From contig JALXBP010000073.1 in the NCBI GenBank assembly GCA_026991395.1, positions 1 through 57,794 on the forward strand: DNA of 57,794 nt. Reading direction: 5' to 3'. Made by a program: the position numbers and the translations under genes. Positions 1 through 10,766 of this stretch are shown here, piece by piece. The notes under the pieces were generated by a model. That model was not told where the DNA came from, did not search any database, and saw only the letters and a list, made by a program, of their open reading frames with translations. How positions within the stretch are numbered: the first letter of the stretch is position 1; every line of letters begins with the position of its first letter. This DNA comes from Anaerolineae bacterium (GTDB taxonomy: Bacteria; Chloroflexota; Anaerolineae; B4-G1; SLSP01).

Positions 1-964
1 GGGTAGGGGTGGGCGTCGGGGTCGGGGTCGGCGTTGATGTCGGGCTGGGTGATGGCGTCGGGGTGGGGGTTGGCGTCGGCGTTGCGGTGCCGGTCGGCGT
101 CGGCGTGGCAGTCGGGGTCGCCGTGCCGGTCGGCGTTGCGGTGCCGGTTGGGGTCGCCGTGCCGGTCGGGGTCGCTGTGGCGGTACCGGTGGCCGTGGGC
201 GTCGGCGTTGCGGTCGGCGTCACCGTGGTGATGGGGACGGTCGGCGTGATCGTCGGTGTGGCCGTCGGGGTCCACGTCGGCGGTACCGGCGTCGCCGTGG
301 GCGGTACGGGCGTGGCCGTGGGGACAGGTGTGGGCAAGGGGGTTGCCGTCGGGGTTGAGCTGGGCGGTACGAGCATGACCGGCGGGACGTAGAGAGCTTG
401 CCCGGCGTAGATGGTGTAGCCGGGGAGGCAGTTGGCGCGGCGCAGCGCCTCGACCGTCGTCCCGTAGCGGACGGCCAGCGTGTAGAGCGTCTCCTTCGGC
501 CTGACGTAAACGATCTTCCAGGTGGGCGGTGGCCCGCACTGGTAAGCCGGTGTGGCTTCCGGCTGTGCCGAAGTGGGCAGGTAGAGCGTCTCGCCCGCCC
601 TGACCTCCAGCGTCCCCAGACAGTTGGCGCGGGCGAGCATGTAGGGGCTGAGACCGGCGCGCCAGGCAATCTCGAGCAGCGTCTCGTTGGGGTGGACGCG
701 GTAGGGCTGCCATCCGGGCGGCGGCGTGCAGTGCCGCACCAGCGCCGGGGGCATCGTCGGCGTGGCCTCGAGTGTGAGCGGCGGGGTCGGCGGCAGGGTG
801 GGGAAGAGGGTGGGCGTGAGAGGCAGGGGATAGGTGTTGATGGCATGCTGCAGCTCCGGATCGAGCATCGCCATCCACAGGCTGCCGAAGACGATCAGCA
901 GGAGGAGAAATCCGCTGGCGAAGGCTTTGATCAGGCGGCTGGGGTTGGCGGTTCCTTCGTTCAC
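1..964 (-). CDS. LysM peptidoglycan-binding protein with N-terminal TM helix and Pro/Thr-rich tail (runs off window start)
   Basis: Manual translation from GTG at 964: VNEGTANPSRLIKAFASGFLLLLIVFGSLW..., two LysM motifs (YRVHPNETLLEIAWRAG..LARANCL; YVRPKETLYTLAVRYGTTVEALRRANCL), then PTATP repeats. Absent from the ORF track because no stop lies in the window. Confidence 0.9.
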   Translation of the reverse strand, partial: MNEGTANPSRLIKAFASGFLLLLIVFGSLWMAMLDPELQHAINTYPLPLTPTLFPTLPPTPPLTLEATPTMPPALVRHCTPPPGWQPYRVHPNETLLEIAWRAGLSPYMLARANCLGTLEVRAGETLYLPTSAQPEATPAYQCGPPPTWKIVYVRPKETLYTLAVRYGTTVEALRRANCLPGYTIYAGQALYVPPVMLVPPSSTPTATPLPTPVPTATPVPPTATPVPPTWTPTATPTITPTVPITTVTPTATPTPTATGTATATPTGTATPTGTATPTGTATPTATPTPTGTATPTPTPTPTPSPSPTSTPTPTPTPTPT

Positions 965-967
965 GCT

Positions 968-3634
968 TCAGACCGTGGTTCGCACATCTTGATAGGCGGG
1001 GAGGATGAAGGTGAAGGTGCTGCCTATGCCCGGCTCCGATTCGACCCAGATGCGTCCGCCGTTGGCCTCGACGAGGGTCTTCACCATCGCCATGCCGATG
1101 CCGCTTTCGCCCATTCCCTGGATGAGGGGCTGTTGGGCGCGGTAGAAGCGGCGGAAGACGCGGGGCATATCCTCCGGTGCGATGCCGCCGCAGGTGTCCG
1201 TGATGGAGATGTGCACGAAGGCGGTACCCTGCTCGACCTTCTGGTCGCGTGCCCGAATGACGATCTCGCTGCCCTCGCGTGAGCAGAGGACGGCGTTGGA
1301 GAGCAGGCGCAGGATGATCTGGTAGAGCGCGTCGCGATTGGCGCGGACGGGTGAGAGTTCGTCCGGCATATCCATCCGCACACCGACGCGCCGTTCGCGG
1401 AAACGGGCGGCCATACCGACGATGGCTTCCTCGAGCACGTGGAGGAGATCGACCGGCTCCGGCTCGGTAATGTCGCGCGTCTGCTCCGGCGAGACGATCT
1501 TCACCAGGTCGTCGAGCATCTGCCCCATACGCTCGATGTTGGCCTTGACGCGCTCCAGGAACTGCGTCTGCATCGCGTTGAGGATGCCGACTTGCTCGGT
1601 CAGGAGGAGGTCGGTGTAGCCGATGATGGAGGTCATCGGCGTGCGAAGTTCGCTGACCATCCCCAACAGGGCTTCGCGTTCCTCGGCCATGCTCTCGTGG
1701 GAGTTGAGTGTTACGGCGAGGGCGTCGGGCATGCCGGAGGCGTCGAGGAGCGTCATCATCTCCGCCTCGATGATGTTGTCTTTCACTTCGAGGGTGATGT
1801 GGGCGCGTCGCAAGGTGGAGTTGGCGGCGAGGAGGTTGTTGATCGCCTCGACCCATTTGCGGTCGGCGTAGAGCCCGTCCAGCGGCATACCGATGACGTT
1901 GTCGGCAAGGCCGAGCATCTGCCGCGCGATGGAGTCGGCCATCACGATGCGGCCTTGCGCATCGGTAACGATGAGGCCGGCGATCGTCTTCTGCGGCTGA
2001 TCGAGTTGCTGCAGATGGGCGCGGAGTTGTTCGATCTGACGGGCGGCCTTTTGGAGTTGGCCCTGGAGGCGGTCCCGCTCCTCCCGCAGGCTGTCGTAGC
2101 GGCTCTTGAGATCGGTGAGCTCCTTCATCAGGCGCGTGCGCTCGCGGATGAGCATGTCCCGATCTTGGACCAATTCCTTCATCTCGTTTTTCCAGAAGGC
2201 CAGCTCGGTTTCGTGGATGCGCGGACGCTGGTTCAACTCCTTGCGCAGGCGTTCGAGTTCGCGTTCGCGCGTGCGGGCTTCGCGCTCCAGTTCGGCGATG
2301 CGTTTCTGCAGGATATGGGCTTCCTCCTTCAGGCGGGCGATCTCCGCGTCGTCCTCCTCCAGGGTGAGGATGGAACTGCCGCGCTGCTGGGAGCGGTGGA
2401 TGACGGCGGCGAGGAGGGCGGCGACGAGGCGGAAGAGCAGGATGCTTTCCTTGTCCCAAATCTGCTGCGAGGTGGGCGTGCTGAAGAAGAGCATGCCGAT
2501 GGTGTGCCCTTCGACGCGCATCGGGACGGCGAGCAAGGGGCCGCTGCCCTCGATGCCCAGTGCCTCGTAGAAGAGGGGGAGCCAGTGGGCAGCCTGGCGA
2601 TCGGTGAAGAGATGGGTGGCCCCGGCTTCCAGCAAGGCGAAGAGGTCCGGATAGTGGGCGGCGGTCAGTTGCGGCAGATCGAGTTGCCCGGTTGGCGGGT
2701 GGATGGCGGTCAGTTGCAGGGCGGGTATGCCGTCGTGCGTCTCATCGCTCAGGGCAATGGCGCAGAGGTCGGCGCGGAGGAGGGTGGCCAGTCGCGAGGA
2801 GGCCAGGATGAGGGCCGGTTCCAATTCGCGAGCTTCGCTGATGCCGCGCAGCAAGGACTGGAGCGCCCCGACGTTCAACTGGGCGAGCAGGCTGTTTGGC
2901 CGCTTCTTCCGGGGACGGAGGGGATAGGTCGAGAGGGCGGCCTCGTGGAGGGCCGTCTCGATGGTATGGCGCTGGAGGGTGAGGGCCAGGAGCGGCGCCC
3001 ACACGAGCGCCGCCGCCCGTTCCCACGGTGCGAAGTCCAGATCGTGAACTACCCATCCGATCTGGGCGATATGGCCTCCCAGCCAGAAAGCCAGGATGGC
3101 GAGGTACCATTCCCAGTTGCGCGGACGGGCGATGAGGGCCCAGAGCAGGGCCAGGCCGAGGATCACCGCCGTGCTGCCTTCCCAGAGCAATTCGGTGAGT
3201 GTGCCGTTGTAGGGGCGTTGAGCGGCCATCGACGGCCAGTTGACTGCGTCGTAGAGGTAGAGCGCCAGCGCAAGGGCGATGACGATGCCCATCAGCCCCG
3301 TCTGTAGGGGGCGCTGCCGGACCTCGCCAACAACGGCCCAGAAGAAGAGCGCCGCGCTGACGGTTTCGACGAAGTGCTCGGCGGGCGGGATGACGGCGTT
3401 GGGGGCGAGGAGATCGACGTTGCTCAGCAGGCCGAGGAGAAGCAGGAGGAGCCGTCCGCCCAGCATCGCGCCGATGGCCCATTGCCAGCGGCGGTGATTG
3501 TATGAGCGGATGGTCGGTGGAATGTTGTAGAGGGCGGCCATCGCCTGTTGCAGGGCAAAGAGGACGACGAGGAAATAGACCAGGTCGCCGGGGGGTTGGG
3601 CCAGCAGTTTGATCAGGTTGTTCAGGAAGTTCAT
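968..3634 (-). CDS. Membrane-bound GAF/coiled-coil/PAS histidine-kinase-like protein (H-box His absent)
   Basis: Multiple N-terminal TM helices, GAF-like region, long coiled coil, PAS-like region, HisKA-like SELRTPMTS and HATPase ([26 protein letters not shown]). Start moved to ATG 3634, which has a GAGGGG RBS. Confidence 0.85.
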   Translation of the reverse strand: MNFLNNLIKLLAQPPGDLVYFLVVLFALQQAMAALYNIPPTIRSYNHRRWQWAIGAMLGGRLLLLLLGLLSNVDLLAPNAVIPPAEHFVETVSAALFFWAVVGEVRQRPLQTGLMGIVIALALALYLYDAVNWPSMAAQRPYNGTLTELLWEGSTAVILGLALLWALIARPRNWEWYLAILAFWLGGHIAQIGWVVHDLDFAPWERAAALVWAPLLALTLQRHTIETALHEAALSTYPLRPRKKRPNSLLAQLNVGALQSLLRGISEARELEPALILASSRLATLLRADLCAIALSDETHDGIPALQLTAIHPPTGQLDLPQLTAAHYPDLFALLEAGATHLFTDRQAAHWLPLFYEALGIEGSGPLLAVPMRVEGHTIGMLFFSTPTSQQIWDKESILLFRLVAALLAAVIHRSQQRGSSILTLEEDDAEIARLKEEAHILQKRIAELEREARTRERELERLRKELNQRPRIHETELAFWKNEMKELVQDRDMLIRERTRLMKELTDLKSRYDSLREERDRLQGQLQKAARQIEQLRAHLQQLDQPQKTIAGLIVTDAQGRIVMADSIARQMLGLADNVIGMPLDGLYADRKWVEAINNLLAANSTLRRAHITLEVKDNIIEAEMMTLLDASGMPDALAVTLNSHESMAEEREALLGMVSELRTPMTSIIGYTDLLLTEQVGILNAMQTQFLERVKANIERMGQMLDDLVKIVSPEQTRDITEPEPVDLLHVLEEAIVGMAARFRERRVGVRMDMPDELSPVRANRDALYQIILRLLSNAVLCSREGSEIVIRARDQKVEQGTAFVHISITDTCGGIAPEDMPRVFRRFYRAQQPLIQGMGESGIGMAMVKTLVEANGGRIWVESEPGIGSTFTFILPAYQDVRTTV

Positions 3635-3698
3635 CCGTGTTCCCCTCACGCTTTCATACCGATTATAGACTAAAGGGGAAGTGGGACAAGAGGCGGCC

Positions 3699-3731
3699 AA
3701 AAAAAGCGCCTCACACCGGTGCGAGGCGCTT
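3699..3731 (-). terminator. Rho-independent terminator after tRNA-Phe
   Basis: Minus-strand AAGCGCCTCGCAC-CG-GTGTGAGGCGCTT stem followed by a T-run. Confidence 0.8.
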
Positions 3732-3732
3732 G

Positions 3733-3806
3733 TGCCGAGGCCCAGATTTGAACTGGGGACACAGGGATTTTCAGTCCCCTGCTCTACCGAACTGAGCTAC
3801 CTCGGC
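3733..3806 (-). tRNA. tRNA-Phe(GAA), CCA not encoded
   Basis: GCCGAGGTAGCTCAGTTCGGTAGAGCAGGGGACTGAAAATCCCTGTGTCCCCAGTTCAAATCTGGGCCTCGGCA: acceptor stem GCCGAGG/CCTCGGC, D-arm, anticodon GAA, T-loop GTTCAAAT. Confidence 0.97.
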
Positions 3807-3845
3807 AGGTGGGGCGATTGTACCGCAAGGGATGATTTTGTCAAG

Positions 3846-5120
3846 CTATGGGAGCAGGTCGCCGCCACCGGAGCCGATTTCGATACTGTTGCCCCACGTG
3901 GCGATGCTTTGCTTGGCGGCAATGGGAAGGGTGAAGGAGAAGGTTGCGCCGCGCCCCTCCTCGCTTTCGACCCAGATGCGCCCGCCATGGGCTTCGACGA
4001 TCTGGCGGCAAAGGTTCAGGCCGAGCCCGGTTCCCTGGGCGACATCCTCGCTGCCGGGAACGCGGAAGAAGCGGCTGAAGAGGCGATCCTGGTACTCGCG
4101 GGGGATACCGGGGCCGTTGTCGCTGACGGAGACGATCACCTCTTGCTGGAGACTGTCCGTTTTGACCGAGACGCGGATGCGCACGCCGTTACCGCCGTAC
4201 TTGACGGCGTTGGAGAGCAGGTTGAGGAGGACCTGCTGGATGCGTTCCTTGTCGGCGAGCACAGGGGGGATGTCGTGAGGCATCTCTACTTCCAGTTGCA
4301 TCTGGTGCTTGAGCGCCTGGGCGCGGATGGTGTCTACGGTATTGGCGACGACGGCATCGATCATCAGCGGCTGCAGGTTGAGTGTTACCCGTCCCGACGA
4401 GAGGCGTGCCAGGTCCAGGAACTGGTTGACCAGCGTCATAATCCGTTCCGATTCCTGCTGAATGATGTTGAGGAAGTGATGCCGCATATCGGGGGGCAGG
4501 TCGGGGCGGTTGAGCAGTTCGGCATAGGAGATGATCGCAGTCAGCGGCGTGCGGATTTCGTGGACGATTTCGGCGATCCAGTCGTTCTGCTGGAAGGTCT
4601 GGATGTTCTGGACGGCGATGGCTGCGATGCTCGCCAAGGTCTCCAGCGTTTCGACATCCTGGGGAGTGAAGCGGTGCTTGGTGCTCTGCGTCAGGCTCTC
4701 CAGGACGCCGATGATCTTGTCTCCGAGGAGCATCGGCACGGCGACGATGGATTGCGTCGTGTTGCCGTCGGGCAGGGAGAAGAGACGGGAGTCACGCGAG
4801 GCATCGTTGACGACAGCGGTCTTGCGTTGCTTGACCACCCACCCGGCCAGGCTTCCCTCGATGGGGACTTCCAGGGAGGAGAGGTGGCTGGAATCCGGCC
4901 CGGAGAAGGCGGCGAAGTGCAGTGCCCCCTGGTCCACGAGGAGGATGGAAGCAGCCTCTCCGCCTGTCAGGTCGCGTGCAGCCTCCACGATCTGGCGCAG
5001 CAACTTGTGCATATCCAGCGTGGAGGTGAGCTGGCGGCTGATGGCCAGAAGCTGTTCCATACTTTTGACCCTTTCGTCTAAATTCGTACAACGATCCTGC
5101 TGGTCCCTGTCCTTACTCAT
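3846..5120 (-). CDS. Cytoplasmic GAF-domain sensor histidine kinase
   Basis: GAF domain, H-box [30 protein letters not shown]. Confidence 0.93.
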   Translation of the reverse strand: MSKDRDQQDRCTNLDERVKSMEQLLAISRQLTSTLDMHKLLRQIVEAARDLTGGEAASILLVDQGALHFAAFSGPDSSHLSSLEVPIEGSLAGWVVKQRKTAVVNDASRDSRLFSLPDGNTTQSIVAVPMLLGDKIIGVLESLTQSTKHRFTPQDVETLETLASIAAIAVQNIQTFQQNDWIAEIVHEIRTPLTAIISYAELLNRPDLPPDMRHHFLNIIQQESERIMTLVNQFLDLARLSSGRVTLNLQPLMIDAVVANTVDTIRAQALKHQMQLEVEMPHDIPPVLADKERIQQVLLNLLSNAVKYGGNGVRIRVSVKTDSLQQEVIVSVSDNGPGIPREYQDRLFSRFFRVPGSEDVAQGTGLGLNLCRQIVEAHGGRIWVESEEGRGATFSFTLPIAAKQSIATWGNSIEIGSGGGDLLP

Positions 5121-5151
5121 AGCTTTCCTCGTGGATGAGATGTACCGTGGT

Positions 5152-6291
5152 TCATACGGTCACGATGGTCGAGACGATGAGTCGCAACTGTCTGACGAAG
5201 AGGCTGTCCGGATGGCGCAAGGCCAGAGGGAGCTCTTCGTCGGGGCCGCTCTCGGTCATACGCGGCTCGGCGGGCAGGATGCCGAGGATGGGCTGCCCGA
5301 TGGCCATCTCGATGGCGGAACGGTTCATCGCCGACGGTATGGATGTCCGTTCGTTCACCACGATGCCCGTGTTGTACTGCCCGATGCTCAACTCGGTGAG
5401 GGCGCTCAACATGGCGCGTCCCTGCTCGATGGCGATGCGGTGAGGCTCCAGCACGATGAGGAGATGATCGGCCTGCCGCAACACCTCGACGGCGGCCTTG
5501 TCCAGCGCCGGCTTCATATCGAGGATGACATCGTCGTAGTCGCGGACGAGCACGCGCAACAGGCGGCGCACGAAGTCCATCGTCAGCGGGGTCCCGCTCA
5601 GCCCCTCGGGGCGGATGCTCGCCGGTAGCAGGTGAAGCTGTTCCCGATATTCGAGGATCAGGCCCTCCACCGCGTCGTGATTGACCGCTGCGGCTCCTTG
5701 TTCCAGCAGGATGGAAAGGTGCTTCTTGGGGCGGACGACTCCCGCCTGGATAGCCAGTGAGCCGACGCCCTCCCGTAACTCGACGAGAGCGATGCGATGC
5801 TGCGGATGGATGTCGTGCAGCGTCAGGGCCATATTCAACGCGATGGTTGTCGTCCCTGCGCCGCCTTTCACGGGCAGGAGCGCGATGATTTTCCCCTGTT
5901 TTCCCTCCTCCTTCCAGCGGCCCCGACGTTGCAGGAGCGCCTCCACGCGGTTGATCAGTTCCGCCGGATGGACCGGCTTGGTCAGATAGTCGTCCCCGCC
6001 GGCCTGGAAACCGGCCAGCCGGTCGTCGATCGAGCTGCGGGCGGTGAGGAAGAGGATGGGGATCTGGTCCGTTTCCGGCGAATTGCGCAGTTTCTCCGCA
6101 ACGCTGTACCCGTCCAGACCGGGCATCATCACGTCGAGGATGATAAGGTCCGGTTTGCCGTTCTTGATGGCCTCGAGTGCTCGTTGCCCGTTGGCAACAG
6201 GGATGATCTCATAGCCTCGCCGCTTGAGAACCAGGCCGATCAATCGCAAGGCTTCGATGTCATCGTCAACTAACAAAACGCGCCAGCTCAT
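5152..6291 (-). CDS. Response regulator receiver fused to MinD/ParA/CpaE-like P-loop domain
   Basis: REC (LLVDDD, LDVMMP, FLTAR, KP) followed by deviant Walker A KGGAGTTT. Confidence 0.88.
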   Translation of the reverse strand: MSWRVLLVDDDIEALRLIGLVLKRRGYEIIPVANGQRALEAIKNGKPDLIILDVMMPGLDGYSVAEKLRNSPETDQIPILFLTARSSIDDRLAGFQAGGDDYLTKPVHPAELINRVEALLQRRGRWKEEGKQGKIIALLPVKGGAGTTTIALNMALTLHDIHPQHRIALVELREGVGSLAIQAGVVRPKKHLSILLEQGAAAVNHDAVEGLILEYREQLHLLPASIRPEGLSGTPLTMDFVRRLLRVLVRDYDDVILDMKPALDKAAVEVLRQADHLLIVLEPHRIAIEQGRAMLSALTELSIGQYNTGIVVNERTSIPSAMNRSAIEMAIGQPILGILPAEPRMTESGPDEELPLALRHPDSLFVRQLRLIVSTIVTV

Positions 6292-6484
6292 TGGCCGCTG
6301 CCCCCTCTTGTATTTGCACTTGTGCGAGCATGCTTATTATACGGTCAAGCGGCTTTTCTTTCAAGCGGCGTCTCATTGCGAAGCAGTTGCAAATGCGCTA
6401 CTGTGGAGTTAGCGTGAGACGGCTCTGTGAAGGAAGACCAATCGTGGTATAACGGGCACAACGAAATCCTTGGGAGGAACCTGT

Positions 6485-7675
6485 ATGAAGATTGCGCGTC
6501 GCATCGGTGATTTGCCAACCTATCTCTTCGCGGCTCTGGGAAAGAAGATCGCCGCGCTGCAAGAGCGCGGTGTGGATGTCATTCGCCTCGACATCGGCAG
6601 CCCCGATCTGGCACCCCCGCCGGAGGTGATCGAGCGCCTCGTCGAGGAGGCTCGCCGTGCCGATCGGCACGGTTACGCCGGTTTCTACGGCATCCCCGAA
6701 TTCCGCCGGGCGGTGGCCGACTTCTACCGGCGGCGATTCGACGTTCCCGTCGATCCGGAAAGGGAGGTGCTGGCGCTGATCGGTTCGAAGGAAGGCATCC
6801 AGCACCTGCCGACCGCTTTCGTCGATCCGGGAGGCGTCGTCCTCGTGCCCGATCCCGGCTATCCCACCTACCGCAATCCCGCCATCCTCGTGGGGGCGGA
6901 GCTTTACCGCATGCCTTTGCTGCGCGAACACGGCTTCCTGCCCGATCTCGGCGCGATCCCGGAGGCGGTCGCCCGTCGGGCGCGCGTGCTCTGGCTCAAT
7001 TACCCCAACAACCCGACGTCGGCCCTCGCGCCGCGTGCCTTCCTGGAGGAGGCCGTGGCCTTCGCCAGGCACTACGACCTGCTCATCGCCTACGATAACC
7101 CCTACAGCGAGATCGTCTGGGAGGGCGGCCCCGCGCCGAGCATCCTGCAGATTCCGGGGGCGCGGGAGGTAGCCGTCGAGTTCAACTCGCTCTCCAAGAT
7201 GGCGAATATGGCCGGCTGGCGCGTGGGGATGGTCGTCGGCAACGCCCAGGCCGTGGCCGCGCTGGCGCGGGTGAAGACGAATGCCGACAGCGGCATCTTC
7301 AAGCCGATTCAGTACGCGGCGACGGTCGCGCTGGCCCTGCCGGAGCGCTGGCACGCCCAACGCAACGCCATCTACGCCGCCCGTCGCCGTGTCGTGACGC
7401 GGGCGCTCGACCGGATGAACCTCTGGTACGCCCCCTACGGGGCGACGCTCTACGTCTGGGCGGAGATGCCGCCGGCCTTCACCTCCAGCGTGGCGTTCAC
7501 CGATCGCTTGCTGGAAGCGACGGGCGTCTCCCTCTCCCCCGGCGCAGCCTTCGGGCCGCACGGCGAAGGCTATGTGCGCATCTCGCTCGTGCAGCCCGAA
7601 GCACGGCTGGAAGAGGCGATGGAGCGCTGGGAGCGCTGGTTGATCGGTCGCTCTCTCGGTGTCGAGATGAAATGA
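6485..7675 (+). CDS. Class I/II PLP aminotransferase, probably LL-diaminopimelate aminotransferase
   Basis: LIGSKEGI, PDPGYPTY, LNYPNNPT, SLSKMANMAGWRVG, GEGYVRISL; GGAGGA RBS before ATG 6485. Confidence 0.88.
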   Translation: MKIARRIGDLPTYLFAALGKKIAALQERGVDVIRLDIGSPDLAPPPEVIERLVEEARRADRHGYAGFYGIPEFRRAVADFYRRRFDVPVDPEREVLALIGSKEGIQHLPTAFVDPGGVVLVPDPGYPTYRNPAILVGAELYRMPLLREHGFLPDLGAIPEAVARRARVLWLNYPNNPTSALAPRAFLEEAVAFARHYDLLIAYDNPYSEIVWEGGPAPSILQIPGAREVAVEFNSLSKMANMAGWRVGMVVGNAQAVAALARVKTNADSGIFKPIQYAATVALALPERWHAQRNAIYAARRRVVTRALDRMNLWYAPYGATLYVWAEMPPAFTSSVAFTDRLLEATGVSLSPGAAFGPHGEGYVRISLVQPEARLEEAMERWERWLIGRSLGVEMK

Positions 7676-7684
7676 GGTGAAGCG

Positions 7685-8779
7685 ATGAGATGGATGGCGG
7701 CGGTGATGGTGCTCCTTGGACTGGTGGCGGCCTGTGCAGCCCCGACCGCCTCGCCGCCTGCCGCGACCCTCCCGCCGACCGCCGCCCCGACCCTGTCGCC
7801 TTCCCCGACGCCCGTGCCGACGGCGATACCGACCCCTACGGTGGACGCCGCTGCCTTGGCCGACCTGGCCGGGCAGGGCGTGGAGGTGGCGGGCGGCGAT
7901 GAGGCGGGCGTCATCACGCTGCGCTACGAGGATATGGACGCGGACGGCCTGCCGGAGTGGCTGGCCGTCGTCCAGCCGGAAGAGGGCGCGGCGCTGCAGG
8001 GCTTCGTCCTCGACGGCGAGACGAGCTTCCCGCTGGAGGGCACCAATCCGCGCAGCGACCTGGCCGGTTGGGGGCTGGGCCTCTACCCCGACTGCGAGGT
8101 GCAGATCGCCGATCTGAACGCCGACGGCGTGCCGGAGATCGCCCTCTTCGGGCACGGACCGCGTCAGACCACGCTGCTCCACCTCTACGAGTGGGACGGG
8201 ACGACCTATCGGCTGCTGGGGGCCTTCGCGGGCGATGGCGGCGTGACCATCGAGGATCGCGACGGCGACCTCACCGCCGAGATCGTCGAGGGCTACCACG
8301 ATGATCGGGTCGATGATCTGGTCTGGCAGATCGTCTTCACCTGGCAGGAGGGAAGCTACGGCTGGACGTCCGACCGCTGGACCTGGTACTATCGTCAGCG
8401 CCCTCACGTCTACCCCGACCAGGCCCCCGATTACGCCGTCATTGCCTTCTACCTGGCGCTCGACGACCGCGATATGCCCGCCGCTTACGACCTGCTCAGC
8501 AGACGGGCACGCGCCGAACAGGACTATGCCTCGTGGGTCGTGGCCTTCGATACGCTGCTGCGCGTGGAGGTGGGCGATCTGCACGCGGTGCCGGGCGTGG
8601 GGACGGAGACGACGAAGCGGATCACGGCGATGGTGCTGACGTGGAACAACATCCACGGCGAGGTCATCGCCCGCTCGTGGAATGTGGAATGGGACGTCGT
8701 GCGCGAGGACGAGGGCTGGCGGCTCGACCGGCTGGAGGCCGTGCAGTTGGATAGCTGGCCTCTGCCCTACTGGCCCTGA
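7685..8779 (+). CDS. Lipoprotein with Pro/Thr linker and FG-GAP/VCBS-like motifs
   Basis: Lipobox VAAC; DMDADG, DLNADGVPEI and DRDGD motifs. Confidence 0.8.
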   Translation: MRWMAAVMVLLGLVAACAAPTASPPAATLPPTAAPTLSPSPTPVPTAIPTPTVDAAALADLAGQGVEVAGGDEAGVITLRYEDMDADGLPEWLAVVQPEEGAALQGFVLDGETSFPLEGTNPRSDLAGWGLGLYPDCEVQIADLNADGVPEIALFGHGPRQTTLLHLYEWDGTTYRLLGAFAGDGGVTIEDRDGDLTAEIVEGYHDDRVDDLVWQIVFTWQEGSYGWTSDRWTWYYRQRPHVYPDQAPDYAVIAFYLALDDRDMPAAYDLLSRRARAEQDYASWVVAFDTLLRVEVGDLHAVPGVGTETTKRITAMVLTWNNIHGEVIARSWNVEWDVVREDEGWRLDRLEAVQLDSWPLPYWP

Positions 8780-8796
8780 GCGGAGGCGGTGCGTCG

Positions 8797-10755
8797 ATGG
8801 TCCCGACGGTGGAGGCGGTAGCCCGCAAGCTGGAGGCGCTCCCCCATCACCCCGGCGTCTATCTGATGCGCAACGCCAGGGGGGAGGTGATCTACGTCGG
8901 CAAGGCGATCGACCTGGCGCAGCGCGTCCGCTCCTACTTCCACCGCTCCTCGCAGGAGCAGCCGAAGGTCCGCCGCTTGGTGCGCGAGATCGCCGACCTG
9001 GAGTGGATCCTCACCGACTCCGAGGTCGAGGCGCTCATCCTGGAGGCCAACCTCATCAAGCGCTACCGCCCGCGTTACAACGTCCGCCTGAAGGACGACA
9101 AGCGCTACCCCTACCTCCAGATCACCGCCGAACCCTTCCCCCGCGTGCGCATCACGCGCCGCTTCGTGCGCGACGGGAGCCGCTACTTCGGCCCTTACAC
9201 CTCCACCTCCGCCCTGCGCGAGTCGCTCGATCTGCTGCGCCACCTCTTCCCCTTCCGCACCTGCAACCGCACCATCACCGGGGAGGACCGGCGGGCCTGC
9301 CTCTACGACGATCTGCACCTCTGCCCGGCCCCCTGCATCGGCGCGGTGAGCGAGGCGGACTATCGGCGGACGATCGGGGAACTGGAGCGCTTCCTGGAAG
9401 GGGAAGGGGAGAGCGTCCTGGCGGCGCTGCGTGAGCAGATCGAGCAGGCGGCGGCGGCGCTGCAGTTCGAGCGGGCGGCGTTGTTGCGCGACCGCTACCG
9501 CGCGTTGCAGCAGGTGATGGAGCACCAGGCGATCATCTCGACAGCGGCGCTCAATCAGGATGTGATCGCCATCGCCCGCGACGAGGCGCATGCCTGTGTG
9601 GAGGTCTTCTTCGTGCGCCATGGCAAGCTGCTGGGACGCGAGCACTTCGTCCTGGAGGGGGCGGCCTACGCTGACGAGGAGGAGATGGTGCGGGCCTTCC
9701 TGCAGCAGTTCTACACGCGGGCCTCCACCGTCCCCCAAGAGATTTTGCTGCCGGAGCAGATCGCCGAAGCAGAGGTGCTCGAATCGTGGCTGCGCACGCG
9801 GCGCGGCGGGGCCGTCTATCTCCGCTTGCCGCAGGAGGGGGACGAGGCCAGGTTGCTGCAGATGGCGACGGAGAACGCCGCCGAGACGTTGCGCCTGCTC
9901 AAGGCGCAGTGGGCCTTGGACAAGCACCGCGCCGAGGAGGCGTTGGAGACGCTGGCGCAGGTGCTGGGGCTCGAGCGGCCTCCCGTGCGCATCGAGGGTT
10001 ACGATATTTCCACGACGCAGGGCGTGGAGGTCGTGGGGAGCATGGTCGTCTTCGAGCACGGCGTACCGCGCAAGAGCGACTACCGCCGCTTCCGCATCCG
10101 CACCGTCAGCGGACAGGACGATTTCGCCAGCATGCGCGAGGTGCTCACGCGGCGCTTCGCCCGCTGGGAGCGCGTTCGGCGGGGGGAGTTGAAGGGGACG
10201 CGGGGAAGTCGAAGCTGGGGCGCACGGCCCGATCTGCTCCTCATCGACGGCGGCAAGGGGCAGGTGGGGGAGGCGCTGGCCGTCCTGCGGCGTTTCGGGC
10301 TCGACGGGAAGGTTGCCGTGATCGGCCTGGCCAAGCGGCACGAGGCGATCGTGATCCCCGGACGGCGTGCGCCACTGCGCCTCGATCCGACCTCTCCGGC
10401 CCTGCTCCTGCTCCGTCGCATCCGGGACGAGGCCCACCGCTTCGCCATCACCTACCACCGGCAGCGCCGCCGGAAGCGGGGGCTGGCCTCCGTCCTGGAG
10501 GAGATTCCGGGTATCGGGCCGGTGCGCCGCAAGGCACTGCTGCGTCATTTCGGGTCGCTGGAGGCCATCCGCCGGGCCGACGAGGCCGCTCTGATGGCCG
10601 TGCCGGGAATCTCGCGCTCGCTGGCCGCGGTCGTGCGCGACTATCTGCGCGATGCCTCGGCTGAGGAGGCCGCGGGTGAGGCGGCACCTTGTCGCCCTGC
10701 TCACTCAAGGTATAATGAAAACGATACGTCCCCGCAGGATGAAGAGCAGCTTTGA
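8797..10755 (+). CDS. uvrC: Excinuclease ABC subunit C
   Basis: GIY-YIG (PGVYLM..IYVGKA), UVR domain, RIEGYDIS, LIDGGKGQ, RDEAHRFA, C-terminal HhH. Confidence 0.97.
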   Translation: MVPTVEAVARKLEALPHHPGVYLMRNARGEVIYVGKAIDLAQRVRSYFHRSSQEQPKVRRLVREIADLEWILTDSEVEALILEANLIKRYRPRYNVRLKDDKRYPYLQITAEPFPRVRITRRFVRDGSRYFGPYTSTSALRESLDLLRHLFPFRTCNRTITGEDRRACLYDDLHLCPAPCIGAVSEADYRRTIGELERFLEGEGESVLAALREQIEQAAAALQFERAALLRDRYRALQQVMEHQAIISTAALNQDVIAIARDEAHACVEVFFVRHGKLLGREHFVLEGAAYADEEEMVRAFLQQFYTRASTVPQEILLPEQIAEAEVLESWLRTRRGGAVYLRLPQEGDEARLLQMATENAAETLRLLKAQWALDKHRAEEALETLAQVLGLERPPVRIEGYDISTTQGVEVVGSMVVFEHGVPRKSDYRRFRIRTVSGQDDFASMREVLTRRFARWERVRRGELKGTRGSRSWGARPDLLLIDGGKGQVGEALAVLRRFGLDGKVAVIGLAKRHEAIVIPGRRAPLRLDPTSPALLLLRRIRDEAHRFAITYHRQRRRKRGLASVLEEIPGIGPVRRKALLRHFGSLEAIRRADEAALMAVPGISRSLAAVVRDYLRDASAEEAAGEAAPCRPAHSRYNENDTSPQDEEQL

Positions 10756-10766
10756 AGGAGGATCGT

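Noticed and set aside
1-392. Plus-strand Val/Gly-repeat ORF and apparent tandem DNA repeat
   Set aside because: Antisense shadow of the Pro/Thr linker of the minus-strand LysM gene.
3733-3806. tRNA as integration site of a mobile element
   Set aside because: No integrase and no duplicated tRNA 3' end noticed in the window.
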